A stretch of 62,471 nucleotides of DNA, the filler included, from Nemertoderma westbladi (Eukaryota > Animalia > Xenacoelomorpha): assembly GCA_032718475.1 (NCBI GenBank). It is 3 parts of 3 records of this genome, joined end to end, with 100 filler letters (N's around TTAATTAATTAA, not from the genome) between each part and the next. Parts side by side here need not be neighbours in the genome. Positions count along the whole stretch, not along the records: positions 18,839 to 50,449 come from JAUCBJ010001924.1; 2 more parts are not named here. One strand, given 5' to 3'. The position numbers and the translations under genes were made by a program. Positions within the stretch are counted from its first letter, which is position 1. Each line of letters opens with the position of its first letter. The notes beneath the pieces are model-generated. The model did not search any database. It was not told the origin of the DNA and saw only the letters and a list, made by a program, of their open reading frames with translations. Below are positions 24,749 to 37,380 of the stretch, piece by piece.

Positions 24749-25726
24749 ATGTGAGCTTACCGGTGGAGGGCGGTACCATTGATTACTGTTGCGTATGCAA
24801 TTTAATAGAAACGTCTACCAATAATTAATTATGGTAACTTAGATGATATTGATATTATGTAGTGTAGTTGCATGTATTTTGTGTATTTTGGTATTTTGTG
24901 CAGTTATTGTAGTATTAGTGTAATCAATAGTATAACAACTGATATATGTAATTTTACAACTACCGTGTTCTTAATTTTGTCTTCGAATCATTTAAAGCTG
25001 TGAGTTCGAAAAGTGCCTCAATGTAATGCTAAAATTATTTGAAAACTTGTAATTTTAGACATTTTTTAGCTCTATGCTCAAATAATCGAAGTAAAAAATG
25101 TCAAAGTAAACAGTTTTGTATTTTGTTTGGTAATTCTGAAGCTATACCGGTGTTCCGATATACTGGTACCGGTAATCAAGGTCGCTGATCACGTAAAAAT
25201 CATTCGTGGTAACGCAACTATCATTGTTGGTGCTTGTCTGGTGGGACAAAAAATACAAGTAGCATAAAATTTCAAGCGGCAAAAATCGAACTTGGTTGGA
25301 TAATACGATATTTTTGATTGCCATATTCATAATCAGCGTGTTAGAAAACCCATCATCTTTTAAAATAATGTTGATTTGGAAATGATTTTTTATTATCAAA
25401 TTTGTACTACATGTATTTTTCGTGGAAAAATTTTCTCGAATGTTATAAACAATGACCCGTAAAATAGTGTCATTTTCTGATGACACGGACCCCCCCACCC
25501 CCCCCCCCCCCCCCGAGATTTTTATACAAATCTTTATAATTTTGCTTGAAATTTGAAACACAACTAGTTCAACTCACCGTCGTTGTCCCCATGAAGCCGG
25601 AATTTTCGATTTTTCCTTTAAATTTTTTATAAGCGTTTTAAAAAAGTGTCCTTTGCGAAATCGCACCCTCCGTATTCCGCCATTCTTCGCATTAGTCGTA
25701 ATCATTTATATCATTAGAAAGCTGAA

Positions 25727-25999
25727 AAACAGCTGAGATATAGGGGTTCAAAGATTGCAAGAATTATCGTTCGCTGACGGCCAATTATTCTATTTATTAA
25801 ATACACAATGTTCTGGAATATTTTGTATAAGTACGAATTGCTACGCTATAGATATATTAGATAGGAATAGAGCTGTTGCCAACCAACTCATAAAATAAAT
25901 AACACATTCTAGAATTTTGTTTATTTATAAAATAGAATAAATGGCCTACAGCGAATAATACTTCTTGCAATCTTTGAACGCCTATATCTCAGCTGTTTC
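25727..25999. mobile_element. Palindromic MITE
   Basis: AAACAGCTGAGATATAGG..TTCAAAGATTGCAAGAA versus TTCTTGCAATCTTTGAA..CCTATATCTCAGCTGTTT. Confidence 0.7.
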
Positions 26000-26013
26000 T
26001 CAACGTAAGTTGA

Positions 26014-26366
26014 ATTACGTAAGGGAAAGGCATGGGCAGCCTTGAATAGGCTTTCCAGGATTTGGAAGTCACATAGAATTAATCAGAAACTTGAGGTCCG
26101 TTTATTTAGAGCAGCAGTAGTTCCAGTACTCCTCTATGGGAGTCCATGCTGGGCTCTAACTGCTGAGGACACCAAATCTCTGGATGGCACATTCACAAGT
26201 ATGATACGCCGGGTTCACTGTGTCAAGTACAATGCACACATCTCCAACCAGACTATATATAACATTGGAGGTGTCTCATTAGTTCCCCCAAGCTTGACAA
26301 TAGAACAAAGCCGCCTCCGCTTTGCAGGACATTGCTTTCGCCGTGAGGACCAGCCAGTGCATAATT
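26014..26366 (+). mobile_element. RTE-like LINE fragment
   Basis: ORF 26042-26368 is nearly identical to part of 59010-59669. Confidence 0.85.
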
Positions 26367-27855
26367 AACTATTACTACTACTACTAACTACTAACTATTA
26401 CTACTAATGCGAAGAATGGACACGATATGGATGGTGCGATTTCGCAAAAGACACTTTTTTAAAACGCTTATAAAAAACATTTTAAAGGCAAAATCGAAAA
26501 TTCCGGCCTCATGAGGTCAACGGCGGTGAGTGGAAATAGTTGTTTCAAATTTCAAGCAATATGATAAAGATTTGAAAAAAAATCTGGGGGGGGGGGTCCG
26601 TGTCATCAGAAAATGACACTATATTACGACGGGCCATGGTGTATTTTTAGGTCTATAATCGTGATCAGCATCCGAAATACCCGCCTTAAATTAATTTTAG
26701 TGAGCCATAAAAACATTTAAAAATTTTAGCAGAAAAATACTGGAGATGGGTGTCAGAAAGGGGCCACAGCACGAAAACTAACATAGCAATGTAAATGGCG
26801 TTCGGTCTGTTGGATAGCCCATTAAATTTTCGGAAAAGTCACGAAATCTCTGATTTCCCAACAAACCTGAGGTTTCTACCGATAAAATTTACATGGCACC
26901 ATCGGGACCTTTGAATTCACTAAAGCAGAATCAAAAAAGCAGACTCACTAAAACAGTTCAAAGACTACCATCCTAAGGCAACTAATACTAGAGTATCGTT
27001 CATCATCGTAGATTACCGTTCAGAATGGGTGTCAAACTCTCCCTCCCCATACATAACATTGGATACATTTTCAAGAAAAAGCGTATATAAGTTCATGAAA
27101 TGTTAGTGCATTCGGTTTGTTATTTTGGTTATAACTTTGGAAAACATATTTGAAATTTCATTATGAAAAATAGAAACAAACGTAACCTTTCGCACTCTAT
27201 GCAACTGGCACATTTATTGTACTTTTCAAAAAAGATGTGCGTTTTTGGTAATGCAATTTTTGGCATCATTTTTCTTTTGGTTATAACATTTGAGCTTCTC
27301 GATGAAATGAAATTTTGTAAAATTCAAACTAATGTAAATTTTCACGCTCTACGCAACAAGCATATTTTCACATTCATACGAGTTTTCAAAAAAAAAGTTA
27401 AAAACAACGGCGCATTTCAACCTACTTTTATTACTATATTGCACATTAATTGATCATATATATATATTAGGCATATGGAAATCGATCATCAACAACATCC
27501 AGAAATTATTAATTTTAGTCTTTTACCACAGGCGCATATGGATTTCTATCTCGTAGTCTATAAATCATCAAATGTTGAATGTTTTGCCTTGTAAATTAAA
27601 CTGTCTGACAGTTCAGCAATCAACAAATTTTCAATATTTTGGCACAGGCATGGTGAAATCAAATGTCGGACAGACCAGAAAACGGCAGAGCAGTCTGACA
27701 GTTTGAAGAAAATGCATATATAAACAGTCATTCAGCGGACAACAAAAGTCATTATGCACAATTCGTAACAAAAGGCGAACAAAAAATTCAAAAAAACGGA
27801 CATAAAAAATCAATGCCTTTATTAACTTCCTTACCTGTCGCGCAAAGAGCGAGAA

Positions 27856-30800
27856 GTGAGAGAGGTAGCGAGGGTAGAGGGGGAGACGAACGAGCGTAGA
27901 GAGCGGGAGGCGAGGGAGGCAGAATTAGCGAACCAAAGTCTGAGAGAGGATAGAGAGAGAGAGAGAGCGGGAAAGCATATGCGGGATGATATGCATACCC
28001 GGCTGAGGGGGCTTATGCAATACCAGGCGAAGCAAAAGCGCCGGTTAGAACTGGCGAAGTTGGGATTATCGGAGAGTGAGGCTGGTTCGGGTAGTGTTTA
28101 CGAGGAGCCAGAAGTAATAGAAACGTTTGTTAACACCCCCACTTACAGGCACCGGTCGACAGACCCAGGACTGGTGTAACCATACGGGCGGGGGGGGGGG
28201 GGATAATAATACGTTGGAAGGGTTTAATATTAATAGTACCGTAGTAGACAACCCTAATCAAACTTTTGTTGCAGGAAATAATATTTTACCCGGTAATAAT
28301 AATTTTGATTCAAATGTGCAAAATAATCCAAATAATGCTAATTGAAATGTACAAAATAATCCAAATAATACCAATTTAAATGTGCCGAGTACTCCAAATA
28401 ATAACCCTAATTCCGAACAAAATAATTTAAATAATTTAAATAACTTAGATAATAATAATATTGATAACGGTGCTATTAATACGAACGTAGGGGACACCGG
28501 TGGTCCGACCAGCGGGAGCCTGCAAGGCCACGTAGTTACGCAGGGAGTAGCGGGGTGAGTCAACCCGACGGGAGCCTGCAAGGCCACGTAGTTACGCAGG
28601 GAATAGCGGGGGTGAGTGAACCCGACGGGAGCCTGCAAGGCCACGTAGTTAGGCAGGGAGTAGCGGGGGTGAGTCAACCCGACGGGAGCCTGCAAGGCCT
28701 CGCAGTCGCACAGGGAGAGGCGTGGGTGAGTAGACCCAGCCGGAGTAGTGACAATGCGTCGACTAGAGAGGGGCGTAGAAGCGAAGTGGGAGGTAGCGAA
28801 GTAAGAGGTGGCGAATGGGGGGGGGGGGGCTACGGGCGTCCCACCATGAGAGATTAGTGGCGAGAGGGGGGGGCAGAGAATGTCCCACAAGCGTCGGCGG
28901 ATAATGCGCGGGGCGAGTTAGGTGAACCGCGGCACCCAACGACAGAGAATAGTAGGGGGATTGCGAGTATCCCCAGGAGCGTCCAACCGGGTAGAGAGAG
29001 ATAGGTTGGCGCATAGGAAGGCAGACTGTAGGACATACTGTAGGCCTTACTGCACATATTATAGGCAATGCTGGAAGAGATAGTGTAGGCCGACGGGTGA
29101 ACTGCACCCAACAAAAGGAGAGTCTGTACAGCATCCGTCGAACCCATTAGAAGCACAGGCAATGGGAATGGCAACACTTATCGATGCGCTTAAGACCAGG
29201 ATCGAGCTGCCACCAGTGGAGCCATTTAAATTCGACGGAAGCAGACCGGAAGAATACCTACAATTCCGACGCATGTACAGTAACGAAATATTAACTAAGA
29301 ATCTGACGCAGGCGGAGTGCCTAAAATATTTACAAGTTTACACAGGGGGCCCAGCGTACGATATCGTAAGGCAGTATCAAGGTATCGAGGGCGGATTCAC
29401 GACTGCATGGTGGGCCCTAGACAGGGAATACGGACACCCTGCCAAGATCATCCGGCAGACCTTGAGGAGAATAACATTGGGTGGCCTCCAGGATAACCCT
29501 GTTAGTATAAAGACTTTCGCAAATAAGGTCGAGAAGGCGCTGATCGTGCTAAGGACCTTGGATGCGCCATATGAACTCAACGCATCGAATAACATCACCA
29601 CGATAGCGCAGGCACTGCCAATCTGGCTAAGGAACAAATGGAGGAAGATCGCCTTCTCCACCCGGGAGAAGAAAGGTGCGGAACCGGGCCTAGAGGAAAT
29701 GTCGAACTTCCTCAACTATGAAGCAGAGTTGATCACGGACCCAGTCTACAGCAAGGATAGTCTGGGGAGGGCACCGAAGACCGAATATAACAGGCCGAAA
29801 CCAGAACATAGTGCGGCAAATGCATTACCAAAGCTGAGACAATCGCTACCATACGCGACGATGCAGGGGGCTGCCAGTCCACAGATAGCCGGGGGTAGGA
29901 CCACACCATGGCATGGACAGGGACAAAATAACACAAATAAATATAACCCCAACACGTCCAGTAGGCCAAACCCAAATAATAAAAACAGTAGAGAGCTAAG
30001 TATGAATATTCGTGTGAAACGCAGCACGCTGTATAGGGAAGGCTATAATCTGAGAAACAAATGCCAATTACATTCGAACGCTCTTCATCAGACCATGAAC
30101 TGCAGGTACTGGCAAGCGTTACCCAAACAAGATGAGGTAGAATACGCGAACAAGAGTGGAATCTGTCATCGATGTGTGGCAGGCGGACACAAGGCTGAGC
30201 AATGCAAGGAGACACCAATAAAATTCGGTCAAGGAAAAAGCCAAACAATGGCGACAAGCACCGTAGGAGCGAAGAGAAGGGGAACGGTACTACTCGGGGT
30301 GGTACCAGTGAGGGTGATGGGAGAAAGCGGTCGATCAGTTACGACGTTGATGCTGGTCGACAGCGGAGCAGCCTTCACATTGGTGGAGAATTGGGTGGCC
30401 GAGGAGATAAGGTTACAGAAGAGGCCGAGCAGGATGGCGGTAACTACTATCTCCAACAAGGATGAGGTCCTGGAGATGAGGACGGGATGGTGCGAGATAT
30501 CAGCAATAGCACCGGGATGTGACTATGGGGCGACCATCGACCCCATTCAGATTATAGAATCGATTAATATAAATGCCAGGCGATCCACTAACATCGAGGT
30601 CGAGCAATACAGATTCCTGGACGAAATCGATTTCTCGATAGTGGAAGTGGACATCCGGAAGGTATCCATCATAGTGGGAATGGACTGTCCGATGGCCCAC
30701 GAGAGAGTACAAACAATTTTCGGAGAGGACAGGTAGCGTGATCCAATGGCAGTTCTCACGCCGTTCGGATGGAGGCTAAGCGGCCCAATCAAAACCAAGA

Positions 30801-33609
30801 TTCCATTCAGGGTGTCGGAGACATCGGGGTGCATGTTTGCGGGGACCATGAGGGAGATGGAGGATGAAGGAGCAGAGGAGCAGCTTAAGAGGCTGTTAAG
30901 GGAGGACTTTGAAGGATTAAAGGAGGCCGGGGTCGGAACCTCGGTAGAGGATAAACAAGCAATAGAAAGTGTGAAGGAGTCGATGAAGTGCGACGAGGGA
31001 CGGTACACCATAGGCATGGTGTGGAAACAACCAAAACTACCGTTGCCTGATAATAAAGGGATGGTACTCACGAGGCTTCGCAAACTAAAGCAAACACTCA
31101 GACGGAGCCCCGAGAAGGATGAGTACATCTATAAGACAATAAAGAAATACGTGGAAAAGGGATGGGCCGTAGAGGGGAAAGAGGGAGAGTATAGTGCCAA
31201 GGTGATCGACATGATTCAACGCGGTTTCTATGTAGACGATGGGATGGGATCTGGAAACACGGTTGAAGAAATACTGGAAATAGGGTGCGAGGTTCACGAC
31301 ATCCTAAAGGGATCCGGATTCAACCTGACTAAGTTCCAGTCCAGCTCAGAGGAATTCATGAAAGCCATAGAGGACAGGCGGCCAGAGTCGACCATGGACA
31401 ACCCCACAACAGCGAAGGGACAGGACATGGCGGACAAGAGTGTGGAGTCTCAGCAGAAGGCGCTGGGGATCGTGTGGAACCGGGAGACGGATGAGTTGGA
31501 GTATCAACTAAGCCAGGAGGGCACAGAGATCCACACAAAGCGGGGCTATGTATCGTATATAGCAAGGATATACGATCCCTTAGGCCTAGCATCCCCATTG
31601 TTAGTCACGGGGAAGCAGATACTAAAGTAAGTATACAAGTTGAAGGACGAGTGGGATATGGAGGTCCCGGAAGAAATAAGCAAACAGTGCAGTAAGTGGA
31701 CGGGGAGTCTAGAACAGATGGGGACGTACAGCATGCCACGCGTGTATTTCCCGGACGGAGAAATGACGGACCTGGATCTACATATGTTTTCTGATGCATC
31801 TTTAGAAGCATATGGAGCGGCACTTTATCTGGTACAGCGGAAGGGGGCTCACAAGCCCAGACTTGCATTTAGTAAAGCGAAGTCGACACCACCATATTCA
31901 GCGTCAGTCCCGAAACTCGAGCTGACAGCTGCAAGGTTAGGAGTAAGGGCCACAGCCTACTTGATGGATACTATACCCAACATAGTGGAGACACACTATT
32001 GGACAGACTCCATGGTAGGGTGCTACATAACGAGAAGACGAGATACCCCATATTCGTTGCGAATAGGGTATATGAGATAAAGGCGACGACTGACTTAGAA
32101 AGGTGGCATTACTGCCCTACCGACGACAACCCAGCAGATTTGTTATCCAGGGGCGTGGCACGCCACACTTTCTCGAAGAAGAAAGTGTTGTAGCAGCACG
32201 GGCCACACTTCCTGAACGATAGAACAGCCTGGCCACCAATGAGGAGGGTGGACGCGGGCTCAGAGGAAGTATTACCAGAAGAAGAAGGGGAAGATTCAGA
32301 AGGGGAAGAGATATACAGCCAGATGGTGAGGGAGATCAAGGAGGTGCCACAGAAATTAGAAGAACCATGCGACAACCCGACGGATAGGCTGCTCAGTTAC
32401 AGCTCCAGCTGGTATAAGACCAAGAAGTTGGTAGCGTATTGGAGGGCGTACGGGGATTTCCTTAGGGGAGTTGGCAAGGATGTCAAAAGGAAACCAACCA
32501 TTGATCTGGAAGGAGCGGCTAAAGCCGTAATACGATACGAGCAGAGAAAGAACTATGCCGACGAAGTGGATAGAATTAGCAGGCAACAACAGCTTCGTTG
32601 AGACAGCGAGCTCAATACGCTGTCCCCGCAGTTGATGATGGTGGATGACGATGACCGGATTCTGGTGATGAATTCCAGAGTGGTGAACAACAACAGCCTA
32701 GTTATCCCACCAAAACCCATAATAATTCCTAACAAATCACCGATAGTCCACCAGATCTTTTGGGACTCGCACAAGTCGATACTACATGGAGGCACGAATC
32801 AGACCCTCACAGAGATAAGAAGAACATTCTGGATCACACAACTTAGGAAGAAGGTGAAGGCGGTAGTGGGGCAGTGCCAGACCTGCCGACGGACGAGAAA
32901 GGAGAGGGCCGTACAGGAGATGGCGCCATTACTGGTCAATAGAGTGAGACAACACGACCCGCCATTCACGCACTGCGGCGTAGACATGTTCGGGCCGATT
33001 AAGATTAAGGTGATGCGACACACAGAGAAACGCTATAGCATTATCTTTGTATGCAACAACACAAGGGCAGTAGGAATAGAACTCGCAAAGTTGATGAATA
33101 CCCACATGGTTACAGAGGACATACTAAGAACGGTGCTAGCTAAGTATGAGGGAATCATTAATAGCAGACCGCTATACCCGGAGAATGACGACCTGGAATC
33201 ACCAGACGTGCTGACACCGGGACACTTTCTGATGGAGAGGCCAGTGACCATCGACATGCGGGGTGTAGACCCAGATGAAATACATTCCCGTCAAAGTTGG
33301 AAAGTCGCCAAGGCAATAAGTGCCGAGTATTGGAAGAGATGGGTAGAGGAATATCTTCCCACATTACACAGGAGGAGTAAGTGGAGGAACACCACTAGGG
33401 AGCTGAAGAAAGGTGACTTGGTAATCATTACTGACGACACAATTATCAATAACCAGTGGAGACTAGCGAGAGTGGTAGATACTTACCTCGACGAGGACGG
33501 AAGAGTCCGGTCGGTGGAAGTGAGAATAGGAGGCAAGATAGGAGCAAAAGACAGAAAGACCTACAGGAGGGCTGTAGGAAAGTGCTGCCTATTAGAAGGG
33601 GCACCTTAA
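27856..33609 (+). pseudogene. BEL/Pao gag-pol polyprotein (stops, frameshifts, internal deletions)
   Basis: KFDGS.PEEY (Pao gag), CHRCVAGGHKAEQC knuckle, LVDSGA protease, FYVDD RT, HMFSDAS..PKLELTAA..YWTDS..NPADLLSRG RNase H, H..LHGG..CQTC and GVDMFGP integrase, YWKRWVEEYLPTL C-terminus. Confidence 0.93.
28514..28700 (+). repeat. 56-57-bp coding repeat (QPDGSLQGHVVxQGxAGVS) in the gag N-terminal region
   Basis: GGGAGCCTGCAAGGCC recurs at ~57-bp spacing four times. Confidence 0.8.
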
Positions 33610-33774
33610 GAGTTTAGTCGTCCAATTGTTGGACTGAGGGGGGTTGGAATGAGGGCGAGACGCCCTTCCCACACAAAATATAAAAAAAAATAATAAAATA
33701 ATAAAATAATAAGTGAGATAGTAGAAAGTTAGAAAGTAACAGTAGTATATAGTACGTAGCACTAAGTAAGTAGG

Positions 33775-34265
33775 CAGAAGTTAGGGAGTGTGGTACATTG
33801 ACATACCACGAGAGTAGTAGGGTACATAGTACCGTAGGCAGAAGTTAGGGAGTGTGGTACATTGACGCACCATGAGAGTAGTAGGGTACATAGTACCATA
33901 GGCAGAAGTTAGGGAGTGTGGTACATTGACGTACCACGAGAGTAGTGGCAGGGTATATAGTACCGCTGGTAGAAGTTAGAAGTATAGGGAGTGTGGTATA
34001 TTGACATACCACGAGAGTAGTGGCAGGGTACATAGTACCGCTGGTAGGAGTTAGAAGTATAGGGAATGTGGTATATTGACATACCACGAGAGTAGTGGCA
34101 GGGTACATAGTACCGCTGGTAGGAGTTAGAAGTATAGGGAGTGTGGTATACTGACATACCATGAGAGTAGTGGCAGGGTACATAGTACCGCTGGTAGGAG
34201 TTAGAAGTTAGGGAGTGTGGTATATAAACATACCACGAGAGTAGTGGCAGGGTACATAGTACCGA
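33775..34265 (+). repeat. Seven 64-75-bp tandem units, each with two stem-loops, downstream of pol
   Basis: Each unit has GTGGTAY-N6-RTACCAC (stem variants in some units) and GGTAC-ATA-GTACC (one unit GGTAT). Confidence 0.85.
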
Positions 34266-34901
34266 TGGAGTTAGAAGTTAGGTTTAGTAGAGTTAGTAAG
34301 AGTTAGTAGTAAGAGAGTACAGAGTATGATATATAGATATACCATAAGAGTAATAGTAGGGTACGTAGTACCGTAGAGGTTGTGGGCATAGAGAGCGCCA
34401 CGAAAGAGAGAGAGGGGCACGTGGGTACAGCAGGATAGACCATGTAGGCCGCACGAGACAGACTACTGTACTGCACGGCCCATAGAGTAAGTTTAGGGTG
34501 TTTGATACAGGGCCAGGAGGCTACGTGGTACAAACTAGCACAGTAGAGAATAGCTAGTCTACCCTGTAAACAAACTATAGGGTTATCTAAGTAAAATAAC
34601 CCACCATAAGTGATAATAGCACACTAGTAGGAAATAAGATAGTATTAGAAGTAAAAATCTGACAAATTATGGTAACAGTAAGTAAAAGATTCTAGAACAT
34701 AATAAAAGTAACTGACAGATTTAGGAAATTTAGAAAAAAATGGCACTTTGGGGACGTATAGGTAAAATATAGTACAAAAATTAAGGTTTGAGAGAGATAG
34801 GCCATTACTGAACTAGTACAGACCATCTTGCTAACCATCACTCATCTACTTGAGCCTTGGTAAGGCACCACTAAGCAGGTGAGCGAGCGAGAGAGTTCGT
34901 A

Positions 34902-37380
34902 ATGGCGGAGAGACTAGTTAAGAAGAGAAAGATGGAGAGGAGTGGAAAGGAGATACTAGTAGACTTCACGCAAAGGCATCTGGAGGAGAAGACGAGGGGA
35001 TACTACGAGCCGCTAGCGAAGGGTCACAAAGCGCGAGCGCTGCAGGACCACTTCAGGGAGATGCACAAGAGATGACTGGTCGGGATCTACGGGACACCGT
35101 CGCTTGACAACACGATCCTCGAGCATTTTCGCTACGTAGTGAAGTTCGGGATACTGAAGTATCCGAGGGAACCACCGAGAAAGGACTGGAGGAGGTTCGT
35201 AGAGTCTGTGAATAGGGGATTATACATGGTCCTAGACGACGAGGGGACTGTGGAGGACGACGAGGGTTCGAGAAGAGGGTCGGCGGGATCGGCTAGAACC
35301 ATACTACTGCATTCGGCTGCGCCAAATGGAAACATATTCCTATTTGATCTAGGAAGGTACGGGAAGAAGAGCGTGCCGAAGTTAAACCAGTTGCCAAGGG
35401 CGGTGCAGGACCTAGTGAGGGAGAAGACAATGGTGAAGGTGGTATCGGCGATCCGCAACAATGCGGAGAGGATCGTCGGACCGGAGACCCCCAACCTCCT
35501 GGACATGCAAGCGGTCTATATGGCCATGTCAGGGCCAGACGGGTTGGGATTGGTAGAGAACACAGGACGTTGCGGAGCAGTGGCGATGGCTCAGCTCATG
35601 GGGCTCGTCTGCCACAAGCCGATGGACTGGGGTAAGTTCCGGGAGGAGTACGGAGCGGAGCTGGCGAACTCGCTGAAGTGGGGAGCGAGGCCAGGGAAAC
35701 AGGAGGTGTATCAGTTCCGGAGAGGAGCGATAAAGATATATCAGAAGAGATATATCCTACTGGAGGATTGGATAATCATAGGTTTACTAAACCTATTCAT
35801 GACCGTGGTTATCGGATGAGAGCCGACGGCATTTCTGCTATCAGGATCACCTCTAAACTACAGAAGAGCATTTAAGGTTGCCTTCGAAGGTCTGGTAGAC
35901 TACCCAGGGCTGAAGGGCGAGTCGGTGTACTACAACAGCCGGCACCTAGTAGACAGAGAGGTGGATACACCATACAAGAGATGGGAGAAGCTGGAAGCGG
36001 ATAGACTCGAGGAGAAGCGACTGGAAGAAGTCGCCAGGCGAGAAAGGAGGGAAGCAGACGAGAGAGAGGCGGACATAAGGGGAGAGGATTACGGGTTCGA
36101 GGCCCAGAACTTGGACGAGCTGAGGTGGGGATCAGGGAGCTCGGGCGAGTTTCTGGGGGAGGAGTTAGGATGGACGGAAGAATCGCCAAAACAGTCGACA
36201 TCGAGATTGCAAGTGATGCCCATGCCAGCGGGCTCTGAGGGCCATTTCGTGAGAAAGAGACCAAGGGAACAGGAAGGGGGAGAGTTACGGGCAGAAGCCA
36301 AGGCGGAAAGGGGCACAGTAGGTCTACCGGGATACCGGGTCTGGATCCACTCCCAGCGAGGGAGGAAGATGACGACGAGTTCGGGGAGATGCCGCCCATC
36401 GAGAGGATCGGCCACTCAGATACAGACTGGGTGGGCGGGAGAGTGGAGATGGCCAGCGGGGCGAGGGCCTTCTGGGATAAGCCCAGCAAGCGGACCTGGG
36501 TTCACGAGGAACCGGCGATGGATTTCACGGGGAGCATCATCAGGTTGGGCGAGCAACCGGGAACAGCACCACGGGTAGTGTTTGGGGAGACGATGCTAAG
36601 GCGGGAGGAGGACATGGATATGGATAGAGACGTTAATGTCCAGAAGTTTGCCTACCAACGGCTCCACAGACCTAGAAGACCGCTCGGGGCAAAAGACGAC
36701 TTGGGGCAGGATGAGTTGATACACGGCTGTGATTACTGCGAGAGGCTGACTCACCAGAAAAGAGCTGTTTGTATCGATTTCAGAAGGGGATGAGTTGCCT
36801 CTACTGCCGCGAGTCGAGCCATAGAATGTGGGCATGTCCAAGGCTGCACAACCGCTGCTCAAAGTGCAACTTCCGAGGGCACTATGGGCGCCAGTGCGAT
36901 TGGATGGACGACGAGGAGAAGTTTAAGATCTTCGAGGAGTGGGCTGACGTCGGCGTTATGACGCGACAGAGAATGAAGGCCCAGGAGTTCCGATGGGGTT
37001 TCTTCAACATCAATCAGGAAGCCCATCTGGAGATTATCAAGAGGAGACTGCCATTTACATACCAAGAGGTAGTGACAGCGGCGTCGTATGGAGGAGTCAT
37101 CAACACGCAGAGGTACTTGGACAGGTGGACGCCAGAAAACAGAGGCGAGTTTAGGGATTTTCTGGCGGAGCACGTGCCGCAAACCATGAAAATGATCTTG
37201 TGGGACGCTACCAGGGGGAAGCAGGAGGGGCATTCGGAGGGGCCACCTGCAAAGCGTTACCGGGAGTTGATAACACCAGCACCCAAAGAATCGACCACGG
37301 GAAATAGCAAGGCGGTTGAGAATGAGGAGTCTCAGAGAAGACAAGCCAGAGGGAAGGAAGCGGCCGAAACAGGACGATGA
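34902..37380 (+). pseudogene. Accessory ORF3 of BEL element 1: DEDDy/WRN-like 3'-5' exonuclease + acidic/low-complexity linker + three CCHC zinc knuckles (~825 codons; 2 in-frame TGA, 2 frameshifts)
   Basis: ExoI-like YMVLDDEG, LLHSAAPNGNIFLFDL, LPRAVQDLVREKTMVKVVSAIRNNAERI, NLLDMQ, ExoIII-like YQKRYILLED; knuckles CDYCERLTHQKRAVC, CLYCRESSHRMWAC, CSKCNFRGHYGRQC. Confidence 0.7.

Larger units (their letters stand above)
25457..26629. mobile_element. Nested foldback: ~240-bp inverted arms (25457-25697 / 26402-26629) enclosing a palindromic MITE and a LINE fragment
   Basis: Reverse-complement matches such as GTGTCATTTTCTGATGACACGGACCCC / GGGGTCCGTGTCATCAGAAAATGACAC and CCATTCTTCGCATTAGT / ACTAATGCGAAGAATGG. 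Confidence 0.75.
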
